Virus record (IMG/VR): IMGVR_UViG_3300045988_111187
Coordinates: 1 to 64,000 of that record
DNA: 64,000 nt
From: a virus
Direction: 5' to 3' (one strand)
This document shows, piece by piece, positions 49,301 to 57,012 of this stretch. The notes beneath the pieces were generated by a model. It was not told the origin of the DNA and did not search any database. It was given only the letters and a program-made list of their open reading frames with translations. Within the stretch, counting starts at the first letter, position 1. Each line of letters begins with the position of its first letter. A program made the translations under genes and the position numbers.

Positions 49301-49799
49301 ATACGGGAGTGAAGTCCGAAGATATAGCATCTTGTAGATACTGCCCTGAGTCTATTCCTGGTTCTTCCGGCACGGAGATACTTGACGGAACCATAGCATC
49401 CACCAACATAATATTATCACCCAGATCTTGGCTATAGAATCCAAAGCCTGATTCTTGAATCCCATAAGGTGCATCTGATTTCGACACAAGAATAGGGTTG
49501 CTCATCTTAGAAGCCTTATCCAGCACCCTTTCTCTATAGGTCTCTGGAATAAGGCCGATGTTAGATTTTACCTTATTGTAAGCCTGTTTGTTGATAGGCA
49601 CATTCCTTCTCCAGTCACCAAAAGCCTTTAAGAACTTATTAGAAAATACGGTTTTAAAAACAGTAGTAGCCCGTTCCCTATTTTCCATAAGAGGAATAGA
49701 TGCTATCTTATCGAATAACATAGACCTGTCCCCTGATCTGGTAGAGACAGAAACAACTTTCTTTTTATTATCTCTTTTAATAATACACGTTGATACCAT
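43383..49799 (-). CDS. very large hypothetical protein (2138 aa); possibly a virion-associated or injected protein
   Basis: single uninterrupted 6.4-kb ORF; no catalytic motif recognised. Confidence 0.7.
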   Translation of the reverse strand: MVSTCIIKRDNKKKVVSVSTRSGDRSMLFDKIASIPLMENRERATTVFKTVFSNKFLKAFGDWRRNVPINKQAYNKVKSNIGLIPETYRERVLDKASKMSNPILVSKSDAPYGIQESGFGFYSQDLGDNIMLVDAMVPSSISVPEEPGIDSGQYLQDAISSDFTPVSMVQDNDVNYMVIKDGLKIFSPEELPETDSNPVGVTYQTGEPRLFFMNDRNQLFEDYGEALRSGGNDIRIGFLSGTVQESAWDGVADITYKAGKYVLNNPKSFIPVMTASASTSLLTKGGIINYLIKKGLLSGSKIFDPETRSYYLTGEGHAGQIRLFNSALAYTELRNHFSSDVSMNDQGMITINSLDNSKVTMRLATGGTERVSKEQIKSDLKSGRYNELDAKYDHFDALVVSFILEDNDLYADTKAKIVSDYSQEERNQRNSIVEILKTLGVSVVGMTDYIEKYQTKYGHEPSAKALADIANNVIAVGEDATLSDLVEETAHFLVEAYRDQNAVESVLQDVEGTEEWNQYANQYYNTYGKVYEGTELDNVVRKEILGKILAREMQDRTAPIEPTSFLGRVRQLLSGIVNWLKSALSTQRQDLNNVIKNIRDLAITDIDKGFDTSLLKDNDFTLYSLSSMNKNKFLESKIRALRKTLRDLRQISSDRAVTTSMTLAQLKTIEDKINKVETEIDKNEMAAAMNSMISTAEAQVRYLSNVVNTILHGDTKDGKLHFNTNDRKNVDIINNQVLPIMNDLRGYIRNRSTEFDEREKQDYTNRINTVIADINGIQSDIKSVQDLDESTLLDKLMNELHVPADKVKKVKEFFDKVQHDVSWISRWFGILEHSSSPFNNALGAMIAKDNYNAMVNAQPAISDFLAYAKKHGFNKSEFEKLLQKVDGKTSNYLRSALDMAKYDRNKKLAQMRAFATAMNIEISEEEINDVVDNNRNYVFKREVVDKDGNTVTENAKFKPSSDRVNTDIFTIEQERIYTEQMEKWDAENSELEFSESYATRMESIYKKAEEELGYPVSQTTKEYLNALSRQKRILRQPFIDSNGNFDEVAYFKSSNYEEEGLLRKQRKEAASEYIYVGTRRVDKTGDQLKMAKEIQAINEVWRKESNNVTNAVSESFLERLRTIQRESGGEAALRTLMLGGHLAFNDQFWNDIESDQSARTESNNKASYLKMAHDIINSTTSDRDATDVEAIVKDIEKNRAIIKEIIGNNRDVADIGEINEATFTSSERDAFRAASEAIETDYAILIDYAKMVGLEDIDKYLTKSSKAENEVNQSYLNALADSKEVEWKFVQRHTTAKKAKRIQALRDKLFKAADNRYLFTVSETNYLSEKLGISKELDGRDFRNAVNTKMASLFLNNTRESGIEEANAIVNEFARSQVFSYYKRMAPTGYAAMLGKIGRGEIDVAQMVKDIQNGTSTQDYGMNISYLSFDPARAWVAESEAENSGRNPDYVKDHGYGYRMPKKSLYRDESYFNDFGIRYDADGNEIATKNVEQWNMIQKLKEIKRQSLSLYKEQSPNLYAIPQISKQDIERMEGLGINFKNTVRNFVSDLCLDRVDDSLYGKTRQGEVYDPEDRIRSIPKYYIYELENQDDVSHDFGYSYSMLMMQSSLYNEKQKSIELAQGLEQMLLNKQFEGGKKAEATQAYQMFRDFFNDHYYGIRMNTKKLTVNIGGYTIDLTRIMMAVERFMSVMNLALSPFVAATGALTGHINLIMESAVGQYISKDSLKYASAEFSRLAPSCIAETGDIDRKSKLYVIGERMGIFNIRNRMYGAGYNRVARTLMRSPMYAFMEIMNYPLDPQVMIATMDNVRYYKGRFYTFQDFKMEKERGKEQSTIKREWDALKDRTLWSMVDVVDGKVVVKPGSGVTVEEVETQMAITRNQVRSLSQICNGSLNEENRTAASRNWIARFMTAHRGWLVLAAQRLWKRRGFNFQTMQEEEGLSITLKNMIAKTFSLASEPGMKNIIDAWNENKDKMGEVEKTNLKRLSVYTGTFLIMQAVSMLLAGWRDDDENEESWLTQFGSYVGFRTINEIASQMPFIMELNVVDIINDPFVMGRKLKDLTDLRNYSLDKVTSGTYKGESKLFRQLAKQTFIKQWYNIKTPEDVARAYNWWQQTNNKSMMFFIGATPDSEGDDDVSYK

Positions 49800-49857
49800 G
49801 ATAAAACATTTTTGTTATGAGACAAAGGTAGCCAAAAATCAAGCATATCATAAAAAA

Positions 49858-49891
49858 TTAAGCCATCTAACTTCTCAGTCTGATGGCTTAA
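49858..49891 (-). terminator. hairpin (10-bp stem ttaagccatc/gatggcttaa) followed by a U-run on the minus strand
   Basis: lies between the 49941 gene and the start of the giant gene. Confidence 0.5.
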
Positions 49892-49940
49892 AAATAATAT
49901 GAAAAAAAATTATAATCTGACGCAAATCGTCAAGTTACGC

Positions 49941-50294
49941 TTATGCATTGTATTTGTACCCATTTCTATGAATAAACCTTCCCGATTCAAAACGTTCAAT
50001 ATCTTCAGGGCAAATAGGGCCCGAATCTTCTCTCCTGGCTTCAAACCAAAGCCCTGGCTTGCGAAGTCGGCAAGTTATGATATAATTGAAGCAATTGTGT
50101 GTAAAATGGAAAACAGATCCTACAGGGAAATATCTATCAGCTTGAAATACGATTCTTTTTCGTTTGGTATCAAATGTGATATCTCCTACTACCTTAGCCA
50201 CGTAATAGCTTATGCTATTTAACGTTTCATCTGTTTGTGGTATCCAATAATAACCTCTTGCCATAGCGCAAATATATAAAAAAAAGTCGGACAA
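49941..50294 (-). CDS. hypothetical protein (117 aa)
   Basis: ORF. Confidence 0.5.
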   Translation of the reverse strand: MSDFFLYICAMARGYYWIPQTDETLNSISYYVAKVVGDITFDTKRKRIVFQADRYFPVGSVFHFTHNCFNYIITCRLRKPGLWFEARREDSGPICPEDIERFESGRFIHRNGYKYNA

Positions 50295-50317
50295 GATACA
50301 TGTCCGACCTTTTTTTA
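50278..50317. terminator. bidirectional terminator (A-run, gtcggaca ... tgtccgac, T-run)
   Basis: perfect 8-bp stem flanked by A7 and T7. Confidence 0.65.
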
Positions 50318-50497
50318 CTTTGATTCGTTTTCAAACCGCTTTATAAGAGAAGCAATATCATCACCACAAATAAACATCATTCTACGTTCTTCTTTTGGTT
50401 TATGAGACGTTGGGATGGTTTTGTTTATTTTAATCTGATTCGCCAGACCTCTGCCTAAACGAATATCAGCTTTTTTACCTTTAATGTTGAACTTCAT
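50315..50497 (-). CDS. small basic protein (60 aa)
   Basis: ORF. Confidence 0.35.
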   Translation of the reverse strand: MKFNIKGKKADIRLGRGLANQIKINKTIPTSHKPKEERRMMFICGDDIASLIKRFENESK

Positions 50498-50810
50498 AGA
50501 TTATTTGTTTAAACAGACCAATTCCGTCTATTATAATATGACCGCTTCGCATACGACTATTATTAAGATTGTAAAGGAAATTAAAACCACTTTCTTTTTC
50601 TTGTCTTTCAAAAGAACTGATATCCTTTCCTCTACGAGCTCTTCCAAAAGCCTTCTTAAACAACTTTCCTCTGAAGGTCTTGACAAGGTTCTTGGTAGCT
50701 TTATTACCGGCTCTTATCGTTACTTTCCTTGCCTGGTTTTCTGAGACAAAACTGCTTCGGAAAATATACGATGCTGCTGCTTGTATATCTTGTTTAGTAA
50801 TCATATGCAT
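50481..50810 (-). CDS. basic hypothetical protein (109 aa)
   Basis: ORF. Confidence 0.4.
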   Translation of the reverse strand: MHMITKQDIQAAASYIFRSSFVSENQARKVTIRAGNKATKNLVKTFRGKLFKKAFGRARRGKDISSFERQEKESGFNFLYNLNNSRMRSGHIIIDGIGLFKQIIYEVQH

Positions 50811-51157
50811 ATGCCAAACATTTCTTTCAGAATACTGATCTTTATTCCGTATATCAATTTCATCTCATCTCTATCATATACGTCAAAAAAGGATTTACTG
50901 GGGTCCTTTGGATTTGCGTTCAATTGAATTATGCAATTACCAGTATAAACCTTAAGCCTATAATTATCGGAGTATATATCCTGCATGGTCTCAAATGTCT
51001 CAATTAAATTTTCAACAAGAACTCTGTTAAATGAAAAAGATTCTTTGCCATCACCTTTAAATGTGATATGATCTAAATTCTTGTTGTCAAATTCGTACTC
51101 TAACTGATTGCCGTCCATCATATCATAAAAGATTGACTTTTTGATTCTAAATCCCAT
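50801..51157 (-). CDS. hypothetical protein (118 aa)
   Basis: ORF. Confidence 0.45.
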   Translation of the reverse strand: MGFRIKKSIFYDMMDGNQLEYEFDNKNLDHITFKGDGKESFSFNRVLVENLIETFETMQDIYSDNYRLKVYTGNCIIQLNANPKDPSKSFFDVYDRDEMKLIYGIKISILKEMFGICI

Positions 51158-51173
51158 ATTATTTTGTTTTTAG

Positions 51174-51479
51174 TTAATATAAATCTTCCGAATACAATTG
51201 TTCTCTAATGGCATTCCTATCTACTACCATTTCTTGATTATTGTTTCTAACAAGTTCAGATGCTTCCTCTCTTGTTAGAAACCGGTTCTTGCTTGTCAAA
51301 AATCCTTGAATACTACGGTTTTTATGAGCAATACCATAAGCTGCAAACTGAGAAATGATAGAACAATGTCTCAATCCACAGAACACGGCGCCGGATGGTA
51401 TATTGGTGGGCTGATGAGGACGCTTCTTGCCGTCCTGCACCCAGATGGCCGCGCATATTACTATTTCTTTATTATACAT
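51174..51479 (-). CDS. hypothetical protein (101 aa)
   Basis: ORF; starts 37 nt after the iscB stop. Confidence 0.45.
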   Translation of the reverse strand: MYNKEIVICAAIWVQDGKKRPHQPTNIPSGAVFCGLRHCSIISQFAAYGIAHKNRSIQGFLTSKNRFLTREEASELVRNNNQEMVVDRNAIREQLYSEDLY

Positions 51480-51516
51480 GATACGTTTTTCTATTAAATT
51501 TATTAAATCCGTTCAT

Positions 51517-52737
51517 TTACTTTAATATAATCGGATGCCTCTTCCCTCTAACGAGTTTAAACTTTTTGCGTGAAACATCTTTTGAATTTTCTCCGTTGAA
51601 ATCCCTGATATTGAAACTCCCTGATTTTCTCCTTCCATAAACAAAGAATATTTTATTGTTATACAACACTTTATCAAACAACCTAAAACCGAAAACCTCA
51701 AAAGGAGCTTGATTGTTTTTCTTCTTCCCCCCTTTTAAAATTTTCATTTTATGTATTTGTCTATTATGTCTACGAATTAAACGTTTTAAATATTGACGTT
51801 CGATTCGTTTCGCATTAATATTCTTAGAAATGACAAACGCGTCGGATGTATGGGATTTTTCAATCCCATATTTAATCCGATTATGTTTCGTAATGTAACC
51901 AAACGTCATAAAAACTCTGTCGTATCTGGATTTTAACTCTTCATACAACCTCCATTTCATAATTCCCATTACGGCTGCGTCGCGAAGCGACTTGCCTCTT
52001 CTGATCTTTAAATCTATATTACCTTTATGGTATTCTTTGTGACATGTTTCACATAAAGTTATAAGATTAGAAGGGGAATCCCCTCCGGTTTTTCGAGACT
52101 CAATATGATGAACATTCAGTATAGAATCTTTTGACTTGCCTTTACAATACTGGCATTTATGTCCATCTCTTGCTAAAACATACTCCCTTGTGTTCCAAAA
52201 CTCAAGTTGATCACCTTCCTGGTATTCTTTACCTGATATCTCAGGATTCTTAATCTTTTGAGTATCGAATTGAGCTACTTCAATAACAATACGAGATATT
52301 GGTAATATAGAGCAAACATTTTCAACAACACGAATATGGGCGTCTACTTTGTATTTCACCGAAGGTGCTATCCATCCTGGACGCTTGCTTTTTACTCTGT
52401 TATCGAAACGAGGTTTTCTATACCTCAACCTATTCCGTCTTGTTCTTCGTAGCTCCCTTCTGGTAGACAAAAGATCTACAATGTCATTTCTGAGGATTAC
52501 TTCACTACTGTAAAGTTCTTTGCTTTTCGTTGTAGCTGATAGACCAACGTGTTTGGTTCCAGCATCAACGCCTAATACAATTTCTTGTTTGTAACTATCG
52601 GATATGTACGTCAATCGGATGGTAAACGGACATAGGTTTACAACGACTGCTTTGTTTGATTTGAGCAGTCTCCTAACCTTTCCATGTCTTGTTGTTGGCA
52701 TCAGAGGTTTACCATCTATGTCTTGTACATACACCAT
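51517..52737 (-). CDS. iscB: IscB RNA-guided nuclease (IS200/IS605 OMEGA system), 406 aa
   Basis: PLMP domain (DGKPLMPTTRHGKVRRLL); RuvC-I LGVDAGTKHVGLSA; Arg-rich bridge helix; RuvC-II IVIEVAQFD; HNH CQYC ... HHIESRKTGGDSPSNLITLCETCH; RuvC-III HTSDAFV. Confidence 0.9.
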   Translation of the reverse strand: MVYVQDIDGKPLMPTTRHGKVRRLLKSNKAVVVNLCPFTIRLTYISDSYKQEIVLGVDAGTKHVGLSATTKSKELYSSEVILRNDIVDLLSTRRELRRTRRNRLRYRKPRFDNRVKSKRPGWIAPSVKYKVDAHIRVVENVCSILPISRIVIEVAQFDTQKIKNPEISGKEYQEGDQLEFWNTREYVLARDGHKCQYCKGKSKDSILNVHHIESRKTGGDSPSNLITLCETCHKEYHKGNIDLKIRRGKSLRDAAVMGIMKWRLYEELKSRYDRVFMTFGYITKHNRIKYGIEKSHTSDAFVISKNINAKRIERQYLKRLIRRHNRQIHKMKILKGGKKKNNQAPFEVFGFRLFDKVLYNNKIFFVYGRRKSGSFNIRDFNGENSKDVSRKKFKLVRGKRHPIILK

Positions 52738-52740
52738 ATC

Positions 52741-53032
52741 TACAAACGTTTTTAATGTTTATTCAACATAAGTCAGGAATATTTCATCCTGTTAGTACCC
52801 ATCGCCAATGTTATAAGAGGTTTTTCGCAAGCAACACTGAAACCCGAATACAATCTCTGTTTAATCGCTTGCCTTAGAGCTACGGACTTGGACAAACATC
52901 CGTAGGTAACTATCTATTCTCAAATAACGTAGCCTTCGTTTCAAGGCTTAGGCTAATATCCGGACCATTTCTGGTACATTAAAACCTTATAATGGAATTA
53001 TATTGTTTTAATGTTATTTCGGATATTGAAAG
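52741..53032 (-). ncRNA. putative omega-RNA of IscB (5' of iscB, same strand)
   Basis: lies where IscB omega-RNAs are encoded; homologous to 31559-31861, with covarying stems. Confidence 0.65.
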
Positions 53033-53276
53033 TATGGTATCCATCAGAAACCTCTCCCATGTCTCCAGGTTCTGCTTTAGGTTCAGGATGATTCGGATAG
53101 CAGTAGTCCACTGATGCTTCTAACACTGACTTTACGTGTTCTATTATCCTCGCAACATCATCATGTTTAAAAAAATGCTTAAATCTTTCAACGAATTTAA
53201 TATCTTCGTTGATTGCTGATTCGAACTCTTCTTTTGTCATTGCTCTAACTACATCTTTAAAATCTTTTAATTCCAT
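52998..53276 (-). CDS. hypothetical protein (92 aa)
   Basis: ORF; its last about 11 codons lie inside the region conserved with the orphan RNA. Confidence 0.45.
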   Translation of the reverse strand: MELKDFKDVVRAMTKEEFESAINEDIKFVERFKHFFKHDDVARIIEHVKSVLEASVDYCYPNHPEPKAEPGDMGEVSDGYHTFNIRNNIKTI

Positions 53277-53299
53277 AATTTGTTTTAAATTAGTTGTTA

Positions 53300-53932
53300 T
53301 TATGCTTTCTTTATCTTACAATACAAATCCCACAAAAACTCAGCAGAAAAACCACCCCATGCATTATTCTGCCAAATATCTACTTTGTTAATAAACCAAG
53401 ACCATGTAGGACCATCATATGAAGAATCAGATGATGATCCCAATCCGATTTTCTCCATTTCATTCGCCACATCAGAATAAGGATCTAAATCGACTCCCCT
53501 AATCATGTTAATAATATCATCCTTGTCTAACGTAAATTGAAACCGCTCCTCGTTAGTAGGCGGATCTTGATTCAATTTACCAGTCGCAAGCCATTCTCCA
53601 TCATGATACAATTCGGCAAGTTTCTTTACCTTATTTTTAAGAAAAGAATACTCTTGTATGACTTCCATAAAGTCAGCTTCGTTAGCTTTACCCTCTATGA
53701 AGATAACGGTTTTGCTTCCAGGTCTATGATCGTCTAAGCTTGCCGGGATTCCCAATATCGTCCATCCTTTAAACTCAGCTATCTTAAAACGCATGACATC
53801 AAACACCTTATAGAAATCATCACAATCTACAGATTCTATTACCTTAACATCCTCTTCCGTAAATTTACCTCGTATTGGAATAACGTGATGACCAGGGCAG
53901 CCATTGGTTCCGAAATATGCGATTCTAACCAT
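53300..53932 (-). CDS. hypothetical protein (210 aa)
   Basis: ORF. Confidence 0.55.
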   Translation of the reverse strand: MVRIAYFGTNGCPGHHVIPIRGKFTEEDVKVIESVDCDDFYKVFDVMRFKIAEFKGWTILGIPASLDDHRPGSKTVIFIEGKANEADFMEVIQEYSFLKNKVKKLAELYHDGEWLATGKLNQDPPTNEERFQFTLDKDDIINMIRGVDLDPYSDVANEMEKIGLGSSSDSSYDGPTWSWFINKVDIWQNNAWGGFSAEFLWDLYCKIKKA

Positions 53933-53933
53933 A

Positions 53934-54137
53934 TTATCTATAATATTTTAATTGTTCTGAAATCCTATATTTACTTATATCATCACACAAGTTACACCCT
54001 CCTGTGCATCCATAAATCGAACAATACGAGTCTCTTTCTGCCTTCGATCTGGATTGGAAATCTCTTACGGCTTTAATCCAGGTAGGAGAAACTATCTTAC
54101 CAGAGAAAGAAGGTACGTTTAAAAGTAGTGTTTTCAT
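53934..54137 (-). CDS. Cys-rich small protein (67 aa)
   Basis: ORF; 4-nt overlap chain. Confidence 0.45.
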   Translation of the reverse strand: MKTLLLNVPSFSGKIVSPTWIKAVRDFQSRSKAERDSYCSIYGCTGGCNLCDDISKYRISEQLKYYR

Positions 54138-54352
54138 GATTTCGCTGAAACATTCATATAATACGGTACATCTACCACATCTCTTCTATGAAGTTCCTTC
54201 TCAAAATAAGAAACCATATAGGTATTTTTACCTTCGTGATCAGGCCTGGGATCAAAGCATTCAAAAACGAATCTTGTTCTACCTTCAAGATGACCAAACA
54301 TGAAAACAAACTCACCACCGTATCTTTTGTTAGCCAATTCTTCTACTGTCAT
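54134..54352 (-). CDS. hypothetical protein (72 aa)
   Basis: ORF; 4-nt overlap chain. Confidence 0.45.
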   Translation of the reverse strand: MTVEELANKRYGGEFVFMFGHLEGRTRFVFECFDPRPDHEGKNTYMVSYFEKELHRRDVVDVPYYMNVSAKS

Positions 54353-54576
54353 AACCTGTCTCCTCCCAATCCCGAATTGATGCTAACGTACTTAACACGG
54401 ACATCGTTTCCACGTCCAAGCTGACCCCAGCCGGGCGATGGCGTTCCCTTTGCCGGAGCAGCGACAGCCCTAAGCCGAGGCCAGTCCTGATTTTGTCTTA
54501 TGGCCTCCGCCTCTTTGTAATATTGGTTACACAGCTCTTGATCTTCGTACCCAATGTAATCTTCTTTATTTTCCAT
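54349..54576 (-). CDS. hypothetical protein (75 aa) with a GC-rich core; could instead be the RNA tail of the tnpB element
   Basis: ATGA overlap with the next gene argues for coding; the GC-rich island directly 3' of tnpB argues for an RNA. Confidence 0.3.
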   Translation of the reverse strand: MENKEDYIGYEDQELCNQYYKEAEAIRQNQDWPRLRAVAAPAKGTPSPGWGQLGRGNDVRVKYVSINSGLGGDRL

Positions 54577-54611
54577 AGTTGGAAATTTTATAGTAAAACA
54601 TAATAATTACT

Positions 54612-55753
54612 ACTCCATTATAGACGCTTCATTGAGATTCGTAACCTCATTTCTCTGCATCCGATTATAGAGGATATCAACTCCTACCCTCTGTATGTTT
54701 ATTGCAGCATTCAAATCTCTATCTATTTCAATGCTGCAATTTTCACACTTGAAAACTCTATCTGATAAAGTTAAGTCTTCTTTCTTCCATCCGCATTTGG
54801 AACACGTCTTTGATGATGGAAAAGAACCTGTCTATTACGACAAGTTCTTTTCCATACCAATTACATTTGTATTCCAACATGCTTCTAAACATTGAGAAAC
54901 TTGTATCGGATATAGCTTTAGCCAATTTGTGATTCGATAACATTCCAGAAACATTTAAATCCTCTATGCAAATAACATCATAATTATTTACAAGTGAAGT
55001 GGTAACATTATGAAGAAAGTTGTTTCTCCTATTAGCAATCTTGTTATACAATCTTGCTATTTTTATTTTATTCTTTCTATGCCTGTTACTTCCTTTACTC
55101 TTTCTACTTAAATGTCTTTGTATTTTAGCTATTTCAGATTGTTTCTCTCTGAAAAACTTGATATTATCAATCACAATTCCGTCAGACAATGTAGCAAAAG
55201 ATTTCAATCCTAAATCTATACCAACCGTTTTACCAGTCTTTCCCTTGTGATGCATGACCGTATCTACGAGAATAGAAACAAAGTACTGATTGCAACAATT
55301 TTTAGATATCGTACATGACAGCATCTTTGAATTATTAGGTATATTCCTATCAATAGACATCTTAACCCATCCTATTTTCTCTAATCTTATCTTATTATCT
55401 TTTAATGAGAATTTTTGATTAGGTAATCTATAAGATTGGTTTCCAGATTTCTTTTTAAAAGAAGGTCTGCCTATTTTCTTCTTTCTTGTTTTAGAGAAAA
55501 ACTGGTTGGTAATTTCTTGAAAATCCCTTATCTTTTGTTGTATAGCAGCGGCAGAGATTTCATTCAACCACGGCTTGTCAATTATTAAATCAGATTTAAT
55601 AATGATTTTAGGTTTAGGATTACTATCCTTATCATAAGAATTGAAAAATTCGACATTAGCATTCCAAATTACACGAATACATCCAAAAGTCTTAGAAAGC
55701 AACCCCTTCTGAGACTTATTAGGATATATTCTGTATTTGAAAGCTTTATGCAT
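54612..55753 (-). pseudogene. tnpB: TnpB (IS200/IS605 OrfB) with a 1-nt frameshift before the zinc finger
   Basis: N-terminal FKYRIYPNKSQ; RuvC-I GIDLGLKSFA; RuvC-II ICIEDLNV; after a +1 shift at the run at 54830-54833 the frame reads [13 protein letters not shown] ... CENC ... [10 protein letters not shown] (zinc finger and RuvC-III) to a stop at 54612. Confidence 0.8.
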
Positions 55754-55851
55754 CGTTTAATTATTTAAAAGCAAATATAGTTACAATTCTATGATTATAC
55801 AATATTCATAAATTAATTAGATTTAAAATAATACAATGTATATTAAAATAA

Positions 55852-55881
55852 AAACCCGATACGTTAAAGCATATCGGGTTT
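55852..55881 (-). terminator. hairpin aaacccgata-cgttaaagca-tatcgggttt with a U-run on the minus strand
   Basis: 10-bp stem; T-rich on the minus strand. Confidence 0.55.
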
Positions 55882-55902
55882 GGCATCAAGCATAAAACAT
55901 AG

Positions 55903-56115
55903 TCAGATCTTAGGTAAAGATTCAAGATACTTTTTAATGTCTTTATATTTAGGATCTTTATCTATTCTGTTTTTCAGTTCATGCAATGCCGAGTCCATAA
56001 CTGTATTCGGTACGCCAATCAATTCTCCTATTAAATACAAGGGGGTTTTATTCGATTTAGATTCGTATGCCATATTCATATCCAAAAAAAAAGTTATGTA
56101 AAACAAACCGGCCAC
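55903..56115 (-). CDS. hypothetical protein (70 aa)
   Basis: ORF followed by a terminator. Confidence 0.4.
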   Translation of the reverse strand: MAGLFYITFFLDMNMAYESKSNKTPLYLIGELIGVPNTVMDSALHELKNRIDKDPKYKDIKKYLESLPKI

Positions 56116-56246
56116 GGGTATTCTATCGCCCGCCGACCGGTATCATATTTTTTATTCTTTTTATTCCCTTTCGGGAAAAACGGGAATGCGGGAATCATAT
56201 TTTTTACTATGGCTCCCGCACCGCCGGAAGGACTCGGGTCTGGATC

Positions 56247-56540
56247 TCAGGTCAGATCCTTCCAGTTTATTTTTTCGCCGAGGTAATCTTGCACGGCAAG
56301 CCATCTTATAAAGGCTACTCCTTCGGGGGCATCCGGATCATTCAAATACATTAACGTAGCTTTCACCAGCTCGTTCTCACATTTGAAGATCTTCGGGAAG
56401 CCATCCGAATAGTACATTGCAAAGACATATTGGACATCGCCCCATGTCGCTTTATCCGGCTTCTTCGCTCCGCACTTTTCAAAAATATCTTTTATCTCCG
56501 ACTGCTTCCAGATCCTTTTAGATCCATCGACGTTAACCAT
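56247..56540 (-). CDS. hypothetical protein (97 aa)
   Basis: ORF. Confidence 0.45.
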   Translation of the reverse strand: MVNVDGSKRIWKQSEIKDIFEKCGAKKPDKATWGDVQYVFAMYYSDGFPKIFKCENELVKATLMYLNDPDAPEGVAFIRWLAVQDYLGEKINWKDLT

Positions 56541-56633
56541 TTTCTTAACCGCTTCGTCAGCAAGTTCATTAGAGAAATGATAGCCGTAAGTGTCTACATA
56601 TTTCTGATAAGCTGGATCCTCTGCGTCTGCTCC

Positions 56634-57005
56634 TCAATAAGAACGACCACGACCTCTTCCCCTACCTCTACGCATCTGGGGACCATCACCGTAGTATCTG
56701 TCGTCTCCATAATAATCGGTCGGGTAAGATTCGTAACCCATCCTCCGGTATTCCCGGTCCTCCATTTCATGACGGCGTTCGCGTTCTTCGAGTCTTCTTT
56801 CTCTTTCTTCCAACTCGTTTTCACGTTCTTCCATCTCTTTCATTTTTTCATGCATACCATAATGGTCATAAGGAGGAAGGAATCCATGTCCGTAACCCAT
56901 GTACGTCCCATCAGAACGACGACTACGACCTCTGCCTCGTCTATCTTCTATCTCGTCATATCCAGGATATTCTCTTTGTCCTGAATTTAAATCATATACT
57001 ATCAT
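56634..57005 (-). CDS. low-complexity protein (123 aa): RG/RGG repeats at both ends and an E/R-rich helix in the middle
   Basis: RGRGRSRRSDG ... EERERRLEERERR ... RRGRGRGRGRSY. Confidence 0.45.
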   Translation of the reverse strand: MIVYDLNSGQREYPGYDEIEDRRGRGRSRRSDGTYMGYGHGFLPPYDHYGMHEKMKEMEERENELEERERRLEERERRHEMEDREYRRMGYESYPTDYYGDDRYYGDGPQMRRGRGRGRGRSY

Positions 57006-57012
57006 ATTATAC

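Noticed and set aside
43383-49799. Giant ORF as a virion RNA polymerase
   Set aside because: No DxDGD-type polymerase motif found by eye.
52741-53032. Treating the IscB-upstream / orphan pair as a simple inverted repeat for site-specific DNA inversion of the 21-kb segment
   Set aside because: Divergence is about 20% with compensatory stem changes, which fits RNA-level selection. No recombinase gene is in the window.
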